DNA of 32,000 nucleotides from Erysipelotrichaceae bacterium (GCA_028698185.1 JAQVDW010000009.1:35719-67718); one strand, 5' to 3'; counted from the stretch's first letter, positions 8,275 to 17,463 are shown. Notes: generated by a model from the letters alone, not told the origin. Program-made: numbers and translations.

Positions 8275-8436
8275 TTACAGGAAATCGACCTTCGCGGTCG
8301 CCCCCATTGGTAAGAATGTCGGTTTGACATTGGGAATTATCGACACGATTTCACCTTCGATACTGTTCAAATATTGCTCAAGCCTGGCCTTGTCCTTGTT
8401 CATGTTGATGTCAAATCTTAGTACCCGGTATTTCAT
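8275..8436 (-). CDS. small hypothetical protein (53 aa)
   Basis: A strong RBS AAAGGAGG lies 7 nt upstream of the ATG at 8436 (MKYRVLRFDINMNKDKARLEQYLNSIEGEIVSIIPNV...). The longer 67-aa ORF start lacks an RBS. Confidence 0.55.
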   Translation of the reverse strand: MKYRVLRFDINMNKDKARLEQYLNSIEGEIVSIIPNVKPTFLPMGATAKVDFL

Positions 8437-8616
8437 ACAAATCCTCCTTTTTATCTGAATATTGAAGACAAAACCCAATCATTGAATTATGATATTTCCT
8501 GATACGACCGAGGGGGCCATAAGGATAAACCCCAGTTAGCATGATGTGATGACATCCCAACAAAAATGAATATAATCATTGCCACAACATCACGAGGAAA
8601 TAAAGAATAGGCATCG

Positions 8617-9648
8617 TCAGAATACTGCACCCAGCTTATAGGCGATGTAAAGAACATAGAAACTGACGTACACAAATCCCCAGTATTTGGAAATCCGGTT
8701 GGACCGCCATACCGGGACAAGCAAAAGTATTGAAGCGAAAATCATTGCGGCCAAGTCCCCAAAGATCGACAGATCGGCAAATGTGATTGGGTTGATCATG
8801 CCACTAAGCCCTAAAACAAGCAGGATATTCATGATATTGCTGCCAATGATATTCCCTACTGCGATGTCATCCTCCTTTTTGATCACCGCAATTATCCCGG
8901 CAACAAATTCCGGCAAAGATGTCCCAAATGCGATAATGGTCAATCCGATCAATTCTTTAGCCAATCCCAGCGAAGAGGCGATGGCCACCGCATTGTCGAC
9001 TGCGAATTTGGCACCAAGAACCATCGCAATCAATCCGGCTATAAAACGGGGCCCATGTTTTTTCAAGGTTTTTCCGGGGTAATCATCCATCCTGATTGGC
9101 TGCTTTTGATCGGTTTGGTTCACGATCACCGCTTCATCTTCCAGCAACTCGAAAATCTCCAATTCCGCAGGCGAATCCGGAAACTCATCCCTTGAAATCT
9201 GTCTGGTCTTGGATACTATGAAACCCACAAAGCCGACCATCCCGCCAAGGAGAACTCCCGCCTCCAGCCGGGACAGCCACAGACCACTAGCTACCATCAA
9301 AAGGAGGATAACCTGGATAAGTATCGATAACAGAATTTCCCTTTTGATCGCTTGGTAATCGATCAATATCGGTGCGATCATGACCGTCACTCCGATCACC
9401 AGGGTAATGTTGACAATACTGCTGCCCACGACATCGCCCACAGCGAGCAGGTTGGCTTTTTCAAACCCGGAATAAATGCCGATGACCGCTTCGGGAAAAC
9501 TGGTTCCCAAGGCCACTACAAAGATCCCGACAATGAATCCGGGAATATTGAACGCCTTGGCCATGACTGATGCCGAACTTACCATCATATCGGCACCTTT
9601 GACCAGCACGAGCAGACCCGCAGCCAAAACAAGAAATTCAATGACCAT
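8617..9648 (-). CDS. CaCA-family Ca2+/cation antiporter (YrbG-like)
   Basis: 343-aa polytopic ORF with two alpha-repeat signatures, GDVVGSSIVNITLVIG and GNIIGSNIMNILLVLG, separated by an acidic cytoplasmic loop. Confidence 0.88.
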   Translation of the reverse strand: MVIEFLVLAAGLLVLVKGADMMVSSASVMAKAFNIPGFIVGIFVVALGTSFPEAVIGIYSGFEKANLLAVGDVVGSSIVNITLVIGVTVMIAPILIDYQAIKREILLSILIQVILLLMVASGLWLSRLEAGVLLGGMVGFVGFIVSKTRQISRDEFPDSPAELEIFELLEDEAVIVNQTDQKQPIRMDDYPGKTLKKHGPRFIAGLIAMVLGAKFAVDNAVAIASSLGLAKELIGLTIIAFGTSLPEFVAGIIAVIKKEDDIAVGNIIGSNIMNILLVLGLSGMINPITFADLSIFGDLAAMIFASILLLVPVWRSNRISKYWGFVYVSFYVLYIAYKLGAVF

Positions 9649-9827
9649 GATATCACCCCATCCCTAATATCATTTTACAACATCGGCCCTCAACAAACAA
9701 TCAAACGGGCCAAAACAATCAAAAAATACCAATTAGACCGCATTTTTTCAAAACAAAAGACCAAGCAAAGGTTTTTTACACCGCCCGGTCTTTTTAATTG
9801 CATAAACCCCCATGAAAATCGCGGATA

Positions 9828-10307
9828 TCATTTCCCCAGCAATCGGATGATATCTTTTTCCATTTCCGCCGGTTCGACATTTGGCCCAAACCTTTTGACC
9901 ACTTCGCCATTGCGACCAACCAGGAACTTCGTAAAATTCCACTTGATATTCCGGGACAGCAGACCCTTCTGTTGCTTTTTCAAGTAGGTGTACAAAGGAT
10001 CCTCATTTTCACCATTGACATCGATTTTCGCGAACTGCTCAAAGGTAATCCCAAATCTGCCGGTGCAAAAAGTCGCAATCTCTTCATTACTCCCCGGGGC
10101 CTGACTGGCGAACTGGTTGCAGGGAAAATCCAGGATCTCGAGCCCTTTATGCCGATATTTTTCATACAGTTCCTGCAACCCGGCGTACTGGGGTGTAAAA
10201 CCGCAGGCTGTCGCCGTGTTGACAATAAGCAGCACTTTGTTTTTGTAGTCTCCTAGATTCCTTATTGTCCCATCCATCTTTAAAACACTGTAATCATAGA
10301 CACTCAT
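9828..10307 (-). CDS. gpx: glutathione peroxidase (Cys-type)
   Basis: Motifs NTATACGFTPQY, FPCNQF and WNFTKFLV. The catalytic residue is a Cys codon, not TGA. I set the start at MSVYDY (about 159 aa, typical length); the 5' extension of the ORF looks non-coding. Confidence 0.9.
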   Translation of the reverse strand: MSVYDYSVLKMDGTIRNLGDYKNKVLLIVNTATACGFTPQYAGLQELYEKYRHKGLEILDFPCNQFASQAPGSNEEIATFCTGRFGITFEQFAKIDVNGENEDPLYTYLKKQQKGLLSRNIKWNFTKFLVGRNGEVVKRFGPNVEPAEMEKDIIRLLGK

Positions 10308-10463
10308 CATTATCACCATCTCTTTCAACCTGATTTTTCCGGCAAACTCAAACGAAAACACAAATAAAGTGAAAACCAGTTGACCAGGATTTAACCAGCT
10401 CACTTTCTACCATATTTGAATTGGCAAAGGCAAGCGCAACAATCATGAACGATCTTTATTTTT

Positions 10464-11591
10464 TCACGGTATTTCAACCACATCATCCATATCTAGGCTC
10501 ACCGCATTTGTTGCCCTGCTTCCTGTCGCATTCAAGTTAACGGCTTTTATTTTCATTTTATAGGGCATACCGGCAATAATATCCAAACCATCGGAAGATG
10601 AATTAAAGACACTGACATTCGCGATATTGACGTTGCAGTCAAACCCGAATTCGCTCGACGCATCAAAAGCAAATATGCCAACGGCGTTTTCATCAGTCGT
10701 TATTATGTTTATATTGCTTATATTCACGTTCAACTGACATGCGCCAAACTGTATCGCATATGCTTGAAACCCTTCAATATAAACATTGGTCAATGTCGTA
10801 TTATAGCCACCCCGGATATATACAGGTATCGAGGTTCCATGATGATTGTAGACATGCAACCCATCTATCAGCCACCCTCCACCAGACCCGATGACAACCG
10901 CCAAATTATCACCGCTACCCTGAGATACGCAATTAAGAAGCGAACCGTCAGTCAAAACGACATTGTCATCAGCACCGAAGTAGTAGGATACGTCTTGCGC
11001 GTTCCGGACCATACAGTTGATGACTTTGTTTTCAATCAGCGTACTTGATGCGCCTTCGGTTGAGAACTCTATTCCATGACCGCCGACGTTGGCTACTGTA
11101 ACATTGTCAATCGTACTATAGTAGTCATTCAATACGATTCCGGTATTGGCGCTTTGGGTAACATCTCCGGTCACTGTAAGATCTCGGATAACGGTGTATC
11201 CGGCAATACTGCCATAATGCTTGATGACCGGCTTGTTGACACCAATCATCGATATGAATGTTCTACCGGAAACTCCTTGCAAGGTCATACCGGAATATAA
11301 CAAGATCGATGTATTAATATTATAAGTTTTTCCTTCAAGCTGGACGACATTAAACCCATTGCCGCGTGCAAAATCGATTGCCTCCTGGATGGTTTCAAAA
11401 GAACCGGCATTAACCACACCAGCATCAGGATTACCAGGGTAGTTTACAACATCATTATATTCATCGGTTAATAACCCCAGACCGCGATAATGTCCAGCGT
11501 TTTCAACACCTGCAATATTCGACAGCAAGACCACAACAGACAGAAAGAAAACCAATACCACTAATCCTAGAGATTTCAAGATCACTTTCAC
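10464..11591 (-). CDS. membrane-anchored/secreted right-handed beta-helix protein (pectate-lyase-superfamily fold)
   Basis: 375-aa ORF with an N-terminal hydrophobic anchor LGLVVLVFFLSVVVLL. The segment ETIQEAIDFARGNGFNVVQLEGKTYNINTSILL resembles a Pectate_lyase_3 N-terminus and is followed by repetitive N/G/V-rich beta-helix turns. The most likely start is TTG at 11579, 9 nt after AAGGGGTG. Confidence 0.65.
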   Translation of the reverse strand: MKVILKSLGLVVLVFFLSVVVLLSNIAGVENAGHYRGLGLLTDEYNDVVNYPGNPDAGVVNAGSFETIQEAIDFARGNGFNVVQLEGKTYNINTSILLYSGMTLQGVSGRTFISMIGVNKPVIKHYGSIAGYTVIRDLTVTGDVTQSANTGIVLNDYYSTIDNVTVANVGGHGIEFSTEGASSTLIENKVINCMVRNAQDVSYYFGADDNVVLTDGSLLNCVSQGSGDNLAVVIGSGGGWLIDGLHVYNHHGTSIPVYIRGGYNTTLTNVYIEGFQAYAIQFGACQLNVNISNINIITTDENAVGIFAFDASSEFGFDCNVNIANVSVFNSSSDGLDIIAGMPYKMKIKAVNLNATGSRATNAVSLDMDDVVEIP

Positions 11592-11875
11592 CCCTTACAA
11601 TCGACCACCAAGCCAAATCAAAGGCAATATCTGAAAAAATAAAATCAGGATGCGCGATTCCCACGCATATTCAAGTCAAGACATACCGTGACTGAATCGG
11701 ACAAACTTTCTCGCTTATATTGTATTCCTTTTGGATTGATTTGTGAAAGGATTTGTCCATAAATATTAAAAAATCGCATTTTATCAGGAAAATACCGCAT
11801 TGGATTGCTGTCTGATAGTTACTGTCCCTTGAAGGTGCAATTGATGTTTGTATCCTGGATTTTGAATTTTCGCAC

Positions 11876-11899
11876 AAAAAAACAGCCCTTTCGAGCTGT
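11876..11899 (-). terminator. terminator downstream of tRNA-Arg copy 2
   Basis: Minus strand: ACAGC-8 nt loop-GCTGT followed by T7. Confidence 0.5.
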
Positions 11900-11986
11900 A
11901 ATAATCAAATGGCGTCCACTAAGGGATTCGAACCCCTGACCGCACGCTTAGAAGGCGTGTGCTCTATCCGGCTGAGCTAAGTGGAC
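11899..11986. repeat. 88-bp direct repeat, copy 2
   Basis: Identical to 7971-8058. Confidence 0.9.
11910..11986 (-). tRNA. tRNA-Arg (anticodon UCU), second identical copy
   Basis: 77/77 identical to 7982-8058, with the same cloverleaf. Confidence 0.93.
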
Positions 11987-12004
11987 ATTTTTGACTGCCA
12001 AGAT

Positions 12005-12033
12005 ATAATATCACATTAATTATTGGCAGGCAA
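12005..12033 (-). promoter_or_regulatory. putative promoter for tRNA-Arg copy 2
   Basis: Minus strand: TTGCCT (12028-12033), 17-nt spacer, TATTAT (12005-12010). It is about 18 nt upstream of the mature tRNA 5' end. Confidence 0.45.
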
Positions 12034-12079
12034 GAGTTTTTTTGATTTTTTGACAACAAATTATTTTCTGACCAGCTGG

Positions 12080-12544
12080 CTAACCCAGTTCAATGAATTC
12101 GTAATCTATCGCCCCTTTTTCCACATACAAGACCAGGTAGCTTTTGCCACTGCCACCCCGAGGTCGGGAACATGAACCGGGATTGACCAAAGTGAATCCG
12201 GACACCGTTTTGAATTGGGGAATATGGGTATGACCCGAAAGCAGGACATCGCAGTTTTTGTTTTTGAGGTCATTAACCATGTTTTCCTCGCGATGGAAAT
12301 AGCCATAACGGTCGCCATGGTTGACAAGGAAATTCAGGCCTTCACACTCGAACATCTCCTCATCCGGGAAATCGGATAGCCAGTCATTGTTGCCCGCCAC
12401 GGCAAGGTAACCTTCCATATCACTTTGCGACCCTTCGCTGTCACCGCAATGGACCAGCAAATGGGCATCCTGGTGCTCGGCCTTTATCATGTCGATTGTA
12501 AAAAATGATCCGTGGTTGTCGGAAACTACAACTATTTTTTTCAT
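12080..12544 (-). CDS. YfcE/MJ0936-family metallophosphoesterase
   Basis: 154 aa with motifs VVSDNHG, CGD, GNND and GHTH. The start abuts the murI stop. Confidence 0.85.
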   Translation of the reverse strand: MKKIVVVSDNHGSFFTIDMIKAEHQDAHLLVHCGDSEGSQSDMEGYLAVAGNNDWLSDFPDEEMFECEGLNFLVNHGDRYGYFHREENMVNDLKNKNCDVLLSGHTHIPQFKTVSGFTLVNPGSCSRPRGGSGKSYLVLYVEKGAIDYEFIELG

Positions 12545-13330
12545 TTATTCTCCTATTTTCAGATATTTCACTTCTATCGGGCCGTAATCGAAGAAACCTT
12601 GTGACGATCGAAGAAACTCGCCGACATCTCCGGTCGTGCAAACTTCGATCTCACCCCCTTGATCATTCAATAGATTGTTGTCTTTGAGGTAATCATGTAC
12701 TTCGTAACCGATCGCCTGGGACGAAGAAATGCAACGAATTCCCGGCATCACCTTCAGGATCTGGTCAACCAGGATCGGATAGTGGGTGCACCCGAGGATG
12801 ATGCTTTCGACCTCGCCATGGTATTCGTCAAGGTAACCATGAAGTTCTTCTTCGATACCCGATTTGTACTTGCCTGATTCGACCAGAGGGACAAGCTCCG
12901 GTGTCGCCTTTTCATGGACCACTATGTCCGGATCAAAGCCTCTGATTTTCCCGGAGTATTTGAGGGAATTGACGGTCGCCTGGGTTGCGATGATAAGGGT
13001 ACTTTTGAGATTCCGGCTCATGAAGTCATTGACCGTGGCATCGATCACCCCGATCATCAAGACATCCGGATAGTCGTTTTGGAGCTGTTCAAGGACATTG
13101 GCACTGGTTGTGTTGCACGCCAATATGATCATTTTGACTTCACGGGCAATTAAATACTCGATGATTGTTGAAGCGTACCTGTAGAGCTGGGCCACCGTCT
13201 TGTTGCCATAAGGGCTGTGATGGTTGTCACCGATATAGATAATGTCTTCGTTCTCCAATATGTTCCTCAAGGTGTTGACCACGGTCAGTCCGCCGACCCC
13301 CGAATCAAATACACCGATAGCTCTTTTCAT
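12545..13330 (-). CDS. murI: glutamate racemase
   Basis: 261 aa with GVFDSGVGGLTV and catalytic-Cys motifs ACNTTS and LGCTHYP. Confidence 0.93.
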   Translation of the reverse strand: MKRAIGVFDSGVGGLTVVNTLRNILENEDIIYIGDNHHSPYGNKTVAQLYRYASTIIEYLIAREVKMIILACNTTSANVLEQLQNDYPDVLMIGVIDATVNDFMSRNLKSTLIIATQATVNSLKYSGKIRGFDPDIVVHEKATPELVPLVESGKYKSGIEEELHGYLDEYHGEVESIILGCTHYPILVDQILKVMPGIRCISSSQAIGYEVHDYLKDNNLLNDQGGEIEVCTTGDVGEFLRSSQGFFDYGPIEVKYLKIGE

Positions 13331-13383
13331 AAAAAACCTCTTTTGCTTGTCAAATTTGCCTTTTAATTATAGCTCACTTGCAA

Positions 13384-13415
13384 CAAAAAAACCACCTCAA
13401 AGTTTCTGAAGGTGG
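13384..13415 (-). terminator. rho-independent terminator after uvrC
   Basis: Minus strand: CCACCT-12 nt loop-AGGTGG followed by T7-8. The hairpin includes the uvrC stop codon. Confidence 0.55.
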
Positions 13416-15160
13416 TCATATAATTCCTGGGCAACTTTTTCAGGCAGATCAGCTTGAAGCTGTTCAAGTGTAAGCTGTTTGAGATTTTTCACCGAACGGT
13501 ATTTGTTCAGCAGCATCTTTTTGCGCTTCTGGCCGATTCCCGGAACCTCGTCCAGGGCCGATTGGACCAGGGACTTGCCATGGACATCACGATGGAACGA
13601 AACAGCATAGCGGTGGACCTCATCTTGCATCCTTGTAAGCAGGAAGAAAAGAGGACTTCGCTTGGAAATCTTGACCTCATTGCCTTCGCTGTCGAGGAGC
13701 ATAGCGGTATTGTGCTTGTCGTCCTTGGCCAGGCCGCAAACCATGATTGGCAGATTCAGACTGTCGATGACTTCCTTGGCGACCTTGATTTGTCCTTTGC
13801 CCCCGTCAACAATGATCAGCTCCGGCATCGCCAGACGATCGACGAGCACGCGGTAATAGCGACGGTAGACTACTTCCTTCATGCTGCCATAATCATCAGG
13901 ACCAGTGACGGTCTTGATTTTGAATTTTCGGTATTCTTTTTTGGCCGGTGCTCCGTCGATAAAGCAAACCATTCCCGCAACCGCATAGCTTCCCTGGATA
14001 TTGGAATTGTCGAACAGTTCTACCCGGTGGAGATTTTCGATATGCAAAAGCTCGCCTAATTGCATGAAGGCTCCGATCGTGGACCTTTCGTTTTTGGCCA
14101 TTAGCTGGAATTTCTTGTCAAGCTGTTCCTTGGCATTGGCCGTGGCCATCTTGACCAGGTCGGCCTTTTTGCCTTTTTCCGGCTTTATTATTTTTGTCTC
14201 GATGATTTCTTGCAAGGTGTCGAGATCGAGGTCAAGAGGAAGCAACAATTCCTTGGGTGCCACATTGTTCTGGTAGAATGTCGCCAGGTAGGTAAGGATC
14301 TGCTCATTGACATCGTCTTCGACTGGCACTAGCGAAAAGTCGCGCGAAAGCAGATGTCCGTTGCGCATGAAAAACAGCTGCAACGACAAATAGCCGTTAT
14401 CGACATGGTAGCCGATGATGTCCCGGTCAACCATGTCATTGAACGTGATGTTCTGTTTGGCGGTCACATGCTTGATGCTTGCGATCAGATCACGCATCTC
14501 CTTGGCCTTTTCAAACTGGAGCAGTTCACTTGCAGCGAGCATGTTCTCCTGGAGATTGGCAATCACCTCCCGGGTGTCGCCATTGACGAACCTGGCAATC
14601 GACTTGGCAATCTCATTGTATTCGTCCACGCTCACTTCGTTGATACAGGGTGCCAGGCATTGCCCCAGCGAATAGTACAGGCAGGTCTTGCCGGGAATAT
14701 GCTTGCATTTGCGCAGCTTGAACAGCCGGTCGAGCAGCTTCAGTGTCTCCCGGGCCGCTGTCGCATTGGGGAATGGTCCAAAATGGCGGTGCTTCTTATT
14801 GCTTGCGCTCCGGACGATCTTCAGCCTGGGATGGCGCTCCTTGGTCAGCTGGATATAAGGGTAATAGGAACTGTCGGTCAGGGCGATATTGTATTTGGGA
14901 TCGTAATCCTTGATCAGGTTGATTTCGAGAAGAAGCGCTTCTTTCTCGCTGGAAGTGACGATATAGTCAAAATCCACAATCTCGCTGACCAGGCGGGTCG
15001 TCTTATAGTTGCGGGTCCCCGTAAAATACGAGGTCACCCGGCTTTTCAATGATTTCGCCTTGCCCACATAAATCACCGTGCCGGCCTGGTCTTTCATCAG
15101 GTAGCAGCCCGGTTTGAGCGGCAGAAGCGAGAGCTTGTCCTTGATATCCTGGGAGATCAT
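13397..15160 (-). CDS. uvrC: excinuclease ABC subunit C
   Basis: 587 aa with an N-terminal GIY-YIG module (GCYLMKD...VIYVGKA), a UvrBC-interaction region and a C-terminal (HhH)2. The ATG overlaps the mutS2 stop by 1 nt. Confidence 0.93.
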   Translation of the reverse strand: MISQDIKDKLSLLPLKPGCYLMKDQAGTVIYVGKAKSLKSRVTSYFTGTRNYKTTRLVSEIVDFDYIVTSSEKEALLLEINLIKDYDPKYNIALTDSSYYPYIQLTKERHPRLKIVRSASNKKHRHFGPFPNATAARETLKLLDRLFKLRKCKHIPGKTCLYYSLGQCLAPCINEVSVDEYNEIAKSIARFVNGDTREVIANLQENMLAASELLQFEKAKEMRDLIASIKHVTAKQNITFNDMVDRDIIGYHVDNGYLSLQLFFMRNGHLLSRDFSLVPVEDDVNEQILTYLATFYQNNVAPKELLLPLDLDLDTLQEIIETKIIKPEKGKKADLVKMATANAKEQLDKKFQLMAKNERSTIGAFMQLGELLHIENLHRVELFDNSNIQGSYAVAGMVCFIDGAPAKKEYRKFKIKTVTGPDDYGSMKEVVYRRYYRVLVDRLAMPELIIVDGGKGQIKVAKEVIDSLNLPIMVCGLAKDDKHNTAMLLDSEGNEVKISKRSPLFFLLTRMQDEVHRYAVSFHRDVHGKSLVQSALDEVPGIGQKRKKMLLNKYRSVKNLKQLTLEQLQADLPEKVAQELYDHLQKL

Positions 15161-17463
15161 CAGTCAAAGTACACAAGGGTCGCCCCCAGTCCTCCCTCGT
15201 TGGGCCCGCCATCCCGGAAGCTTTTGACATACTTCTTCGATTTGAGGAGCTGATGGACTCCCTTGCGCAGGACCCCGCTGCCCATTCCATGGACTATCCG
15301 GCAGACCGAATAATTGTTTACCAGGGCCGTATCGAGGAACTTGTCGACTTCCTCCATCGCTTCGACATAACGCTTTCCGATGATGTTGAGCTCGTATGTC
15401 ATCGTGCTTTGGGTCTTAACCGATTTTCCACCGGTCACGACGGTTTTTGGCTTAAGGGGAGCATGTTTGAAGACAACCTCATGGGGTTTGGCATTGAGCT
15501 TCAAACCGCCCAGGGATATCGTCAGGATCCCCTTCTTGTTGATGGCGACAACTTCGCCCTCACGTTTGACCGACTTGACCAAAACGACATCGCCGATGAC
15601 ATACTCGTGATCGCTTGGAACGATTGCTTCAGCCTCTTTTTGATGTTTCAAAACATCCAGGGTCCGTTTGGCCTCAATGACCTGATGGGGCTTCAATGTT
15701 GCCTGTTGTTGCAATGATGCCACGACTTCCTCAACCTGACTCTTGGCCGCTTCGAGAATCTTGTTGGCATCCTCTTTGGCCTGTTCGATCAGCTTTTCTT
15801 TCTCGTTTTGGAGCCGGTCGAGTTTGCGTTGGAGCTCGCTTTCTTTGCGTTCCGCTTCCTTTTTCAAGGCCGCAATCCGGTCCTTTTCATCCTGGACTTC
15901 GATAAGCTGCTTTTCTAACATTTCCAGGAGCTGTTCGCTTTGAGTCTGGTTTGTCTGCTTTATCTGCGTCGACTTGGAGATGATGTCAGGATGGAGCCCG
16001 AGCCGCTTGGAAATTTCGATGGCATATGAATTCCCGGTACTGCCCATGAGCAGACGGTAAGTCGGCTTAAGTTCTTCCTGGTCGAATTCGACCGAAGCCA
16101 CCTGGATATATTCGCTGTTTTTGGCATATTCCTTGAGTTTCGAATAGTGGGTCGTGGCGATTACCATTGCCTGCTTTTCATGGAGATATTCCAGAATCGC
16201 CTGGGCCAGGGCCTGACCTTCCTGCGGGTCGGTCCCACTGCCGATTTCGTCAAGCAACACCAGTGATTCGCGGGTAGCTTGATTGGTTATTTTGGTCAGC
16301 CTGGTCATATGCGAGGAGAAGGTCGAGAGCGACTGTTCGATCGACTGTTCGTCTCCAAGGTCGACAAAGATGTTGTCAAAATACGGAACCACGGCAAAAG
16401 AGGCGCTTACCGGCAAGCCGGCCAGGGCCATTTTCGCAAGCAGTCCGGCCGTTTTCAAGACGACCGATTTTCCTCCGGTGTTAGAACCCGAAATCAAAAG
16501 CGTCTGATGATCACTGGTCAGGACGATGTCGTTGGCAACAACTTCACTTTGCTTGATCAATGGATGGGCTGCCTTGAGCAGCTTGAACTCGTCAAAACTT
16601 CTGGTCACGTTCGGGATGGTTGCGTTGATTGTCAGTCCGTAATTGTTTTTCGCATTCAGGATTTCGATTTCAATCAGACCCTCCTGATTGTACTTCAGGA
16701 CATCAAGATACTTGTTCACCTCGTTGGAAAGCATCTGAAGAATTTTTTGGATTTCCAGCTGCTCGGTCTCCTTGGCCGCGGTGATCTGGTTCGATATGGC
16801 CACGATGGCGCTCGGTTCGATATATACCGTCTGACCCGACCCGCTGATGGCATGAACGATACCGGCAACGCTATTCTTGTGGCCTGCCTTAACCGGCAGG
16901 ACGAGATGGTCGTTGCGTGACAAATAGGTTTCCTGTGACAGGTAATCCTTGTAGTGGTTCTTCAATCCGGCAATTTTAGAACGCATGCTGCCTTGGAGCG
17001 AGATAATCTCATGGCGCACCCGGCGCAGTTCGCTCGAAGCACCGTCCAATACAGAACCGTCGCTATCGATGCATTTTTCGATCATAGCGACCAATCCGCC
17101 CGGATAGATCAGGCTGTCGAAAAGATCCTCCAAAACCCCAAGGGTGTCGATATCTTCACGATAGTCCTCGATCTCCTTGACGTTTTTGAGCTGGGCCATG
17201 ATTTCCAGAAACTCCAGTCCGCTCAGGGTTCCGCCCTTGTCGACCTTCTTGAGCAATAAAGATATGTCCTCATAATAGCCCAGGGGCACCTGACCGAATT
17301 TAAGGATCAGATCCAGCATCTGGATGTTCTGGTTGTGGATGTCCTGGAGATCCTCAAAATCGAAACCTGAATTAAGGTTCGCAAAATAATCTTTCGCCAT
17401 TTGCGATTTGGCGTATTGCTTTATCTGGTTGAGAATAATATCAAATTCCAACGTCTTATCCAT
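15160..17463 (-). CDS. mutS2: endonuclease MutS2 (MutS-family ATPase with C-terminal Smr domain)
   Basis: 767 aa with Walker A GSNTGGKS, DE motif LLDEIGSGTD, a long coiled coil, and a C-terminal Smr domain (ELNIIGKRY...IVHGMGSGVLRK). Confidence 0.93.
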   Translation of the reverse strand: MDKTLEFDIILNQIKQYAKSQMAKDYFANLNSGFDFEDLQDIHNQNIQMLDLILKFGQVPLGYYEDISLLLKKVDKGGTLSGLEFLEIMAQLKNVKEIEDYREDIDTLGVLEDLFDSLIYPGGLVAMIEKCIDSDGSVLDGASSELRRVRHEIISLQGSMRSKIAGLKNHYKDYLSQETYLSRNDHLVLPVKAGHKNSVAGIVHAISGSGQTVYIEPSAIVAISNQITAAKETEQLEIQKILQMLSNEVNKYLDVLKYNQEGLIEIEILNAKNNYGLTINATIPNVTRSFDEFKLLKAAHPLIKQSEVVANDIVLTSDHQTLLISGSNTGGKSVVLKTAGLLAKMALAGLPVSASFAVVPYFDNIFVDLGDEQSIEQSLSTFSSHMTRLTKITNQATRESLVLLDEIGSGTDPQEGQALAQAILEYLHEKQAMVIATTHYSKLKEYAKNSEYIQVASVEFDQEELKPTYRLLMGSTGNSYAIEISKRLGLHPDIISKSTQIKQTNQTQSEQLLEMLEKQLIEVQDEKDRIAALKKEAERKESELQRKLDRLQNEKEKLIEQAKEDANKILEAAKSQVEEVVASLQQQATLKPHQVIEAKRTLDVLKHQKEAEAIVPSDHEYVIGDVVLVKSVKREGEVVAINKKGILTISLGGLKLNAKPHEVVFKHAPLKPKTVVTGGKSVKTQSTMTYELNIIGKRYVEAMEEVDKFLDTALVNNYSVCRIVHGMGSGVLRKGVHQLLKSKKYVKSFRDGGPNEGGLGATLVYFD

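Noticed and set aside
8487-8720. 77-aa ORF overlapping the 3' end of the antiporter gene
   Set aside because: It is out of frame with the antiporter and has no RBS or motifs. The 180-nt spacer it covers is better explained as an intergenic or promoter region.
9828-10307. Selenocysteine recoding in glutathione peroxidase
   Set aside because: The catalytic position is an ordinary Cys codon within an uninterrupted ORF. There is no in-frame TGA and no SECIS-like hairpin.
9828-10403. N-terminal extensions of several track ORFs: gpx to 10403, lspA to 21454, histidine phosphatase to 26430, rhodanese to 19142, LysR to 6362, gshF to 29686 and the small ORF to 8478
   Set aside because: Internal starts give family-typical N-termini and have proper Shine-Dalgarno spacing. 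The extensions lack an RBS and would overlap upstream promoters or genes.
11671-11877. 68-aa ORF in the long leader upstream of the beta-helix gene
   Set aside because: It has a TTG start with no RBS, begins inside the tRNA terminator T-run, and has a Cys/Ile/Ser-rich low-complexity composition. I treat it as non-coding leader.
8059-11898. Interpreting the tRNA-bracketed cassette as an active integrative element
   Set aside because: No integrase, excisionase or mobilisation gene lies inside. The repeats cover the entire tRNA rather than a 3' att core. I therefore report it only as a repeat-flanked, possibly variable segment.
11592-11909. Known riboswitch (for example c-di-GMP) in the beta-helix gene leader
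   Set aside because: I could not match the leader to any riboswitch consensus I know by eye. Only a weak 5-bp hairpin is present. This is left as an open check rather than a call.
12000-12080. Terminator between yfcE and tRNA-Arg copy 2
   Set aside because: Only the 8-bp palindrome ccagctgg is present, with no stable stem plus T-run. The yfcE transcript may read into the tRNA, or the tRNA may rely on the separate promoter I annotated.
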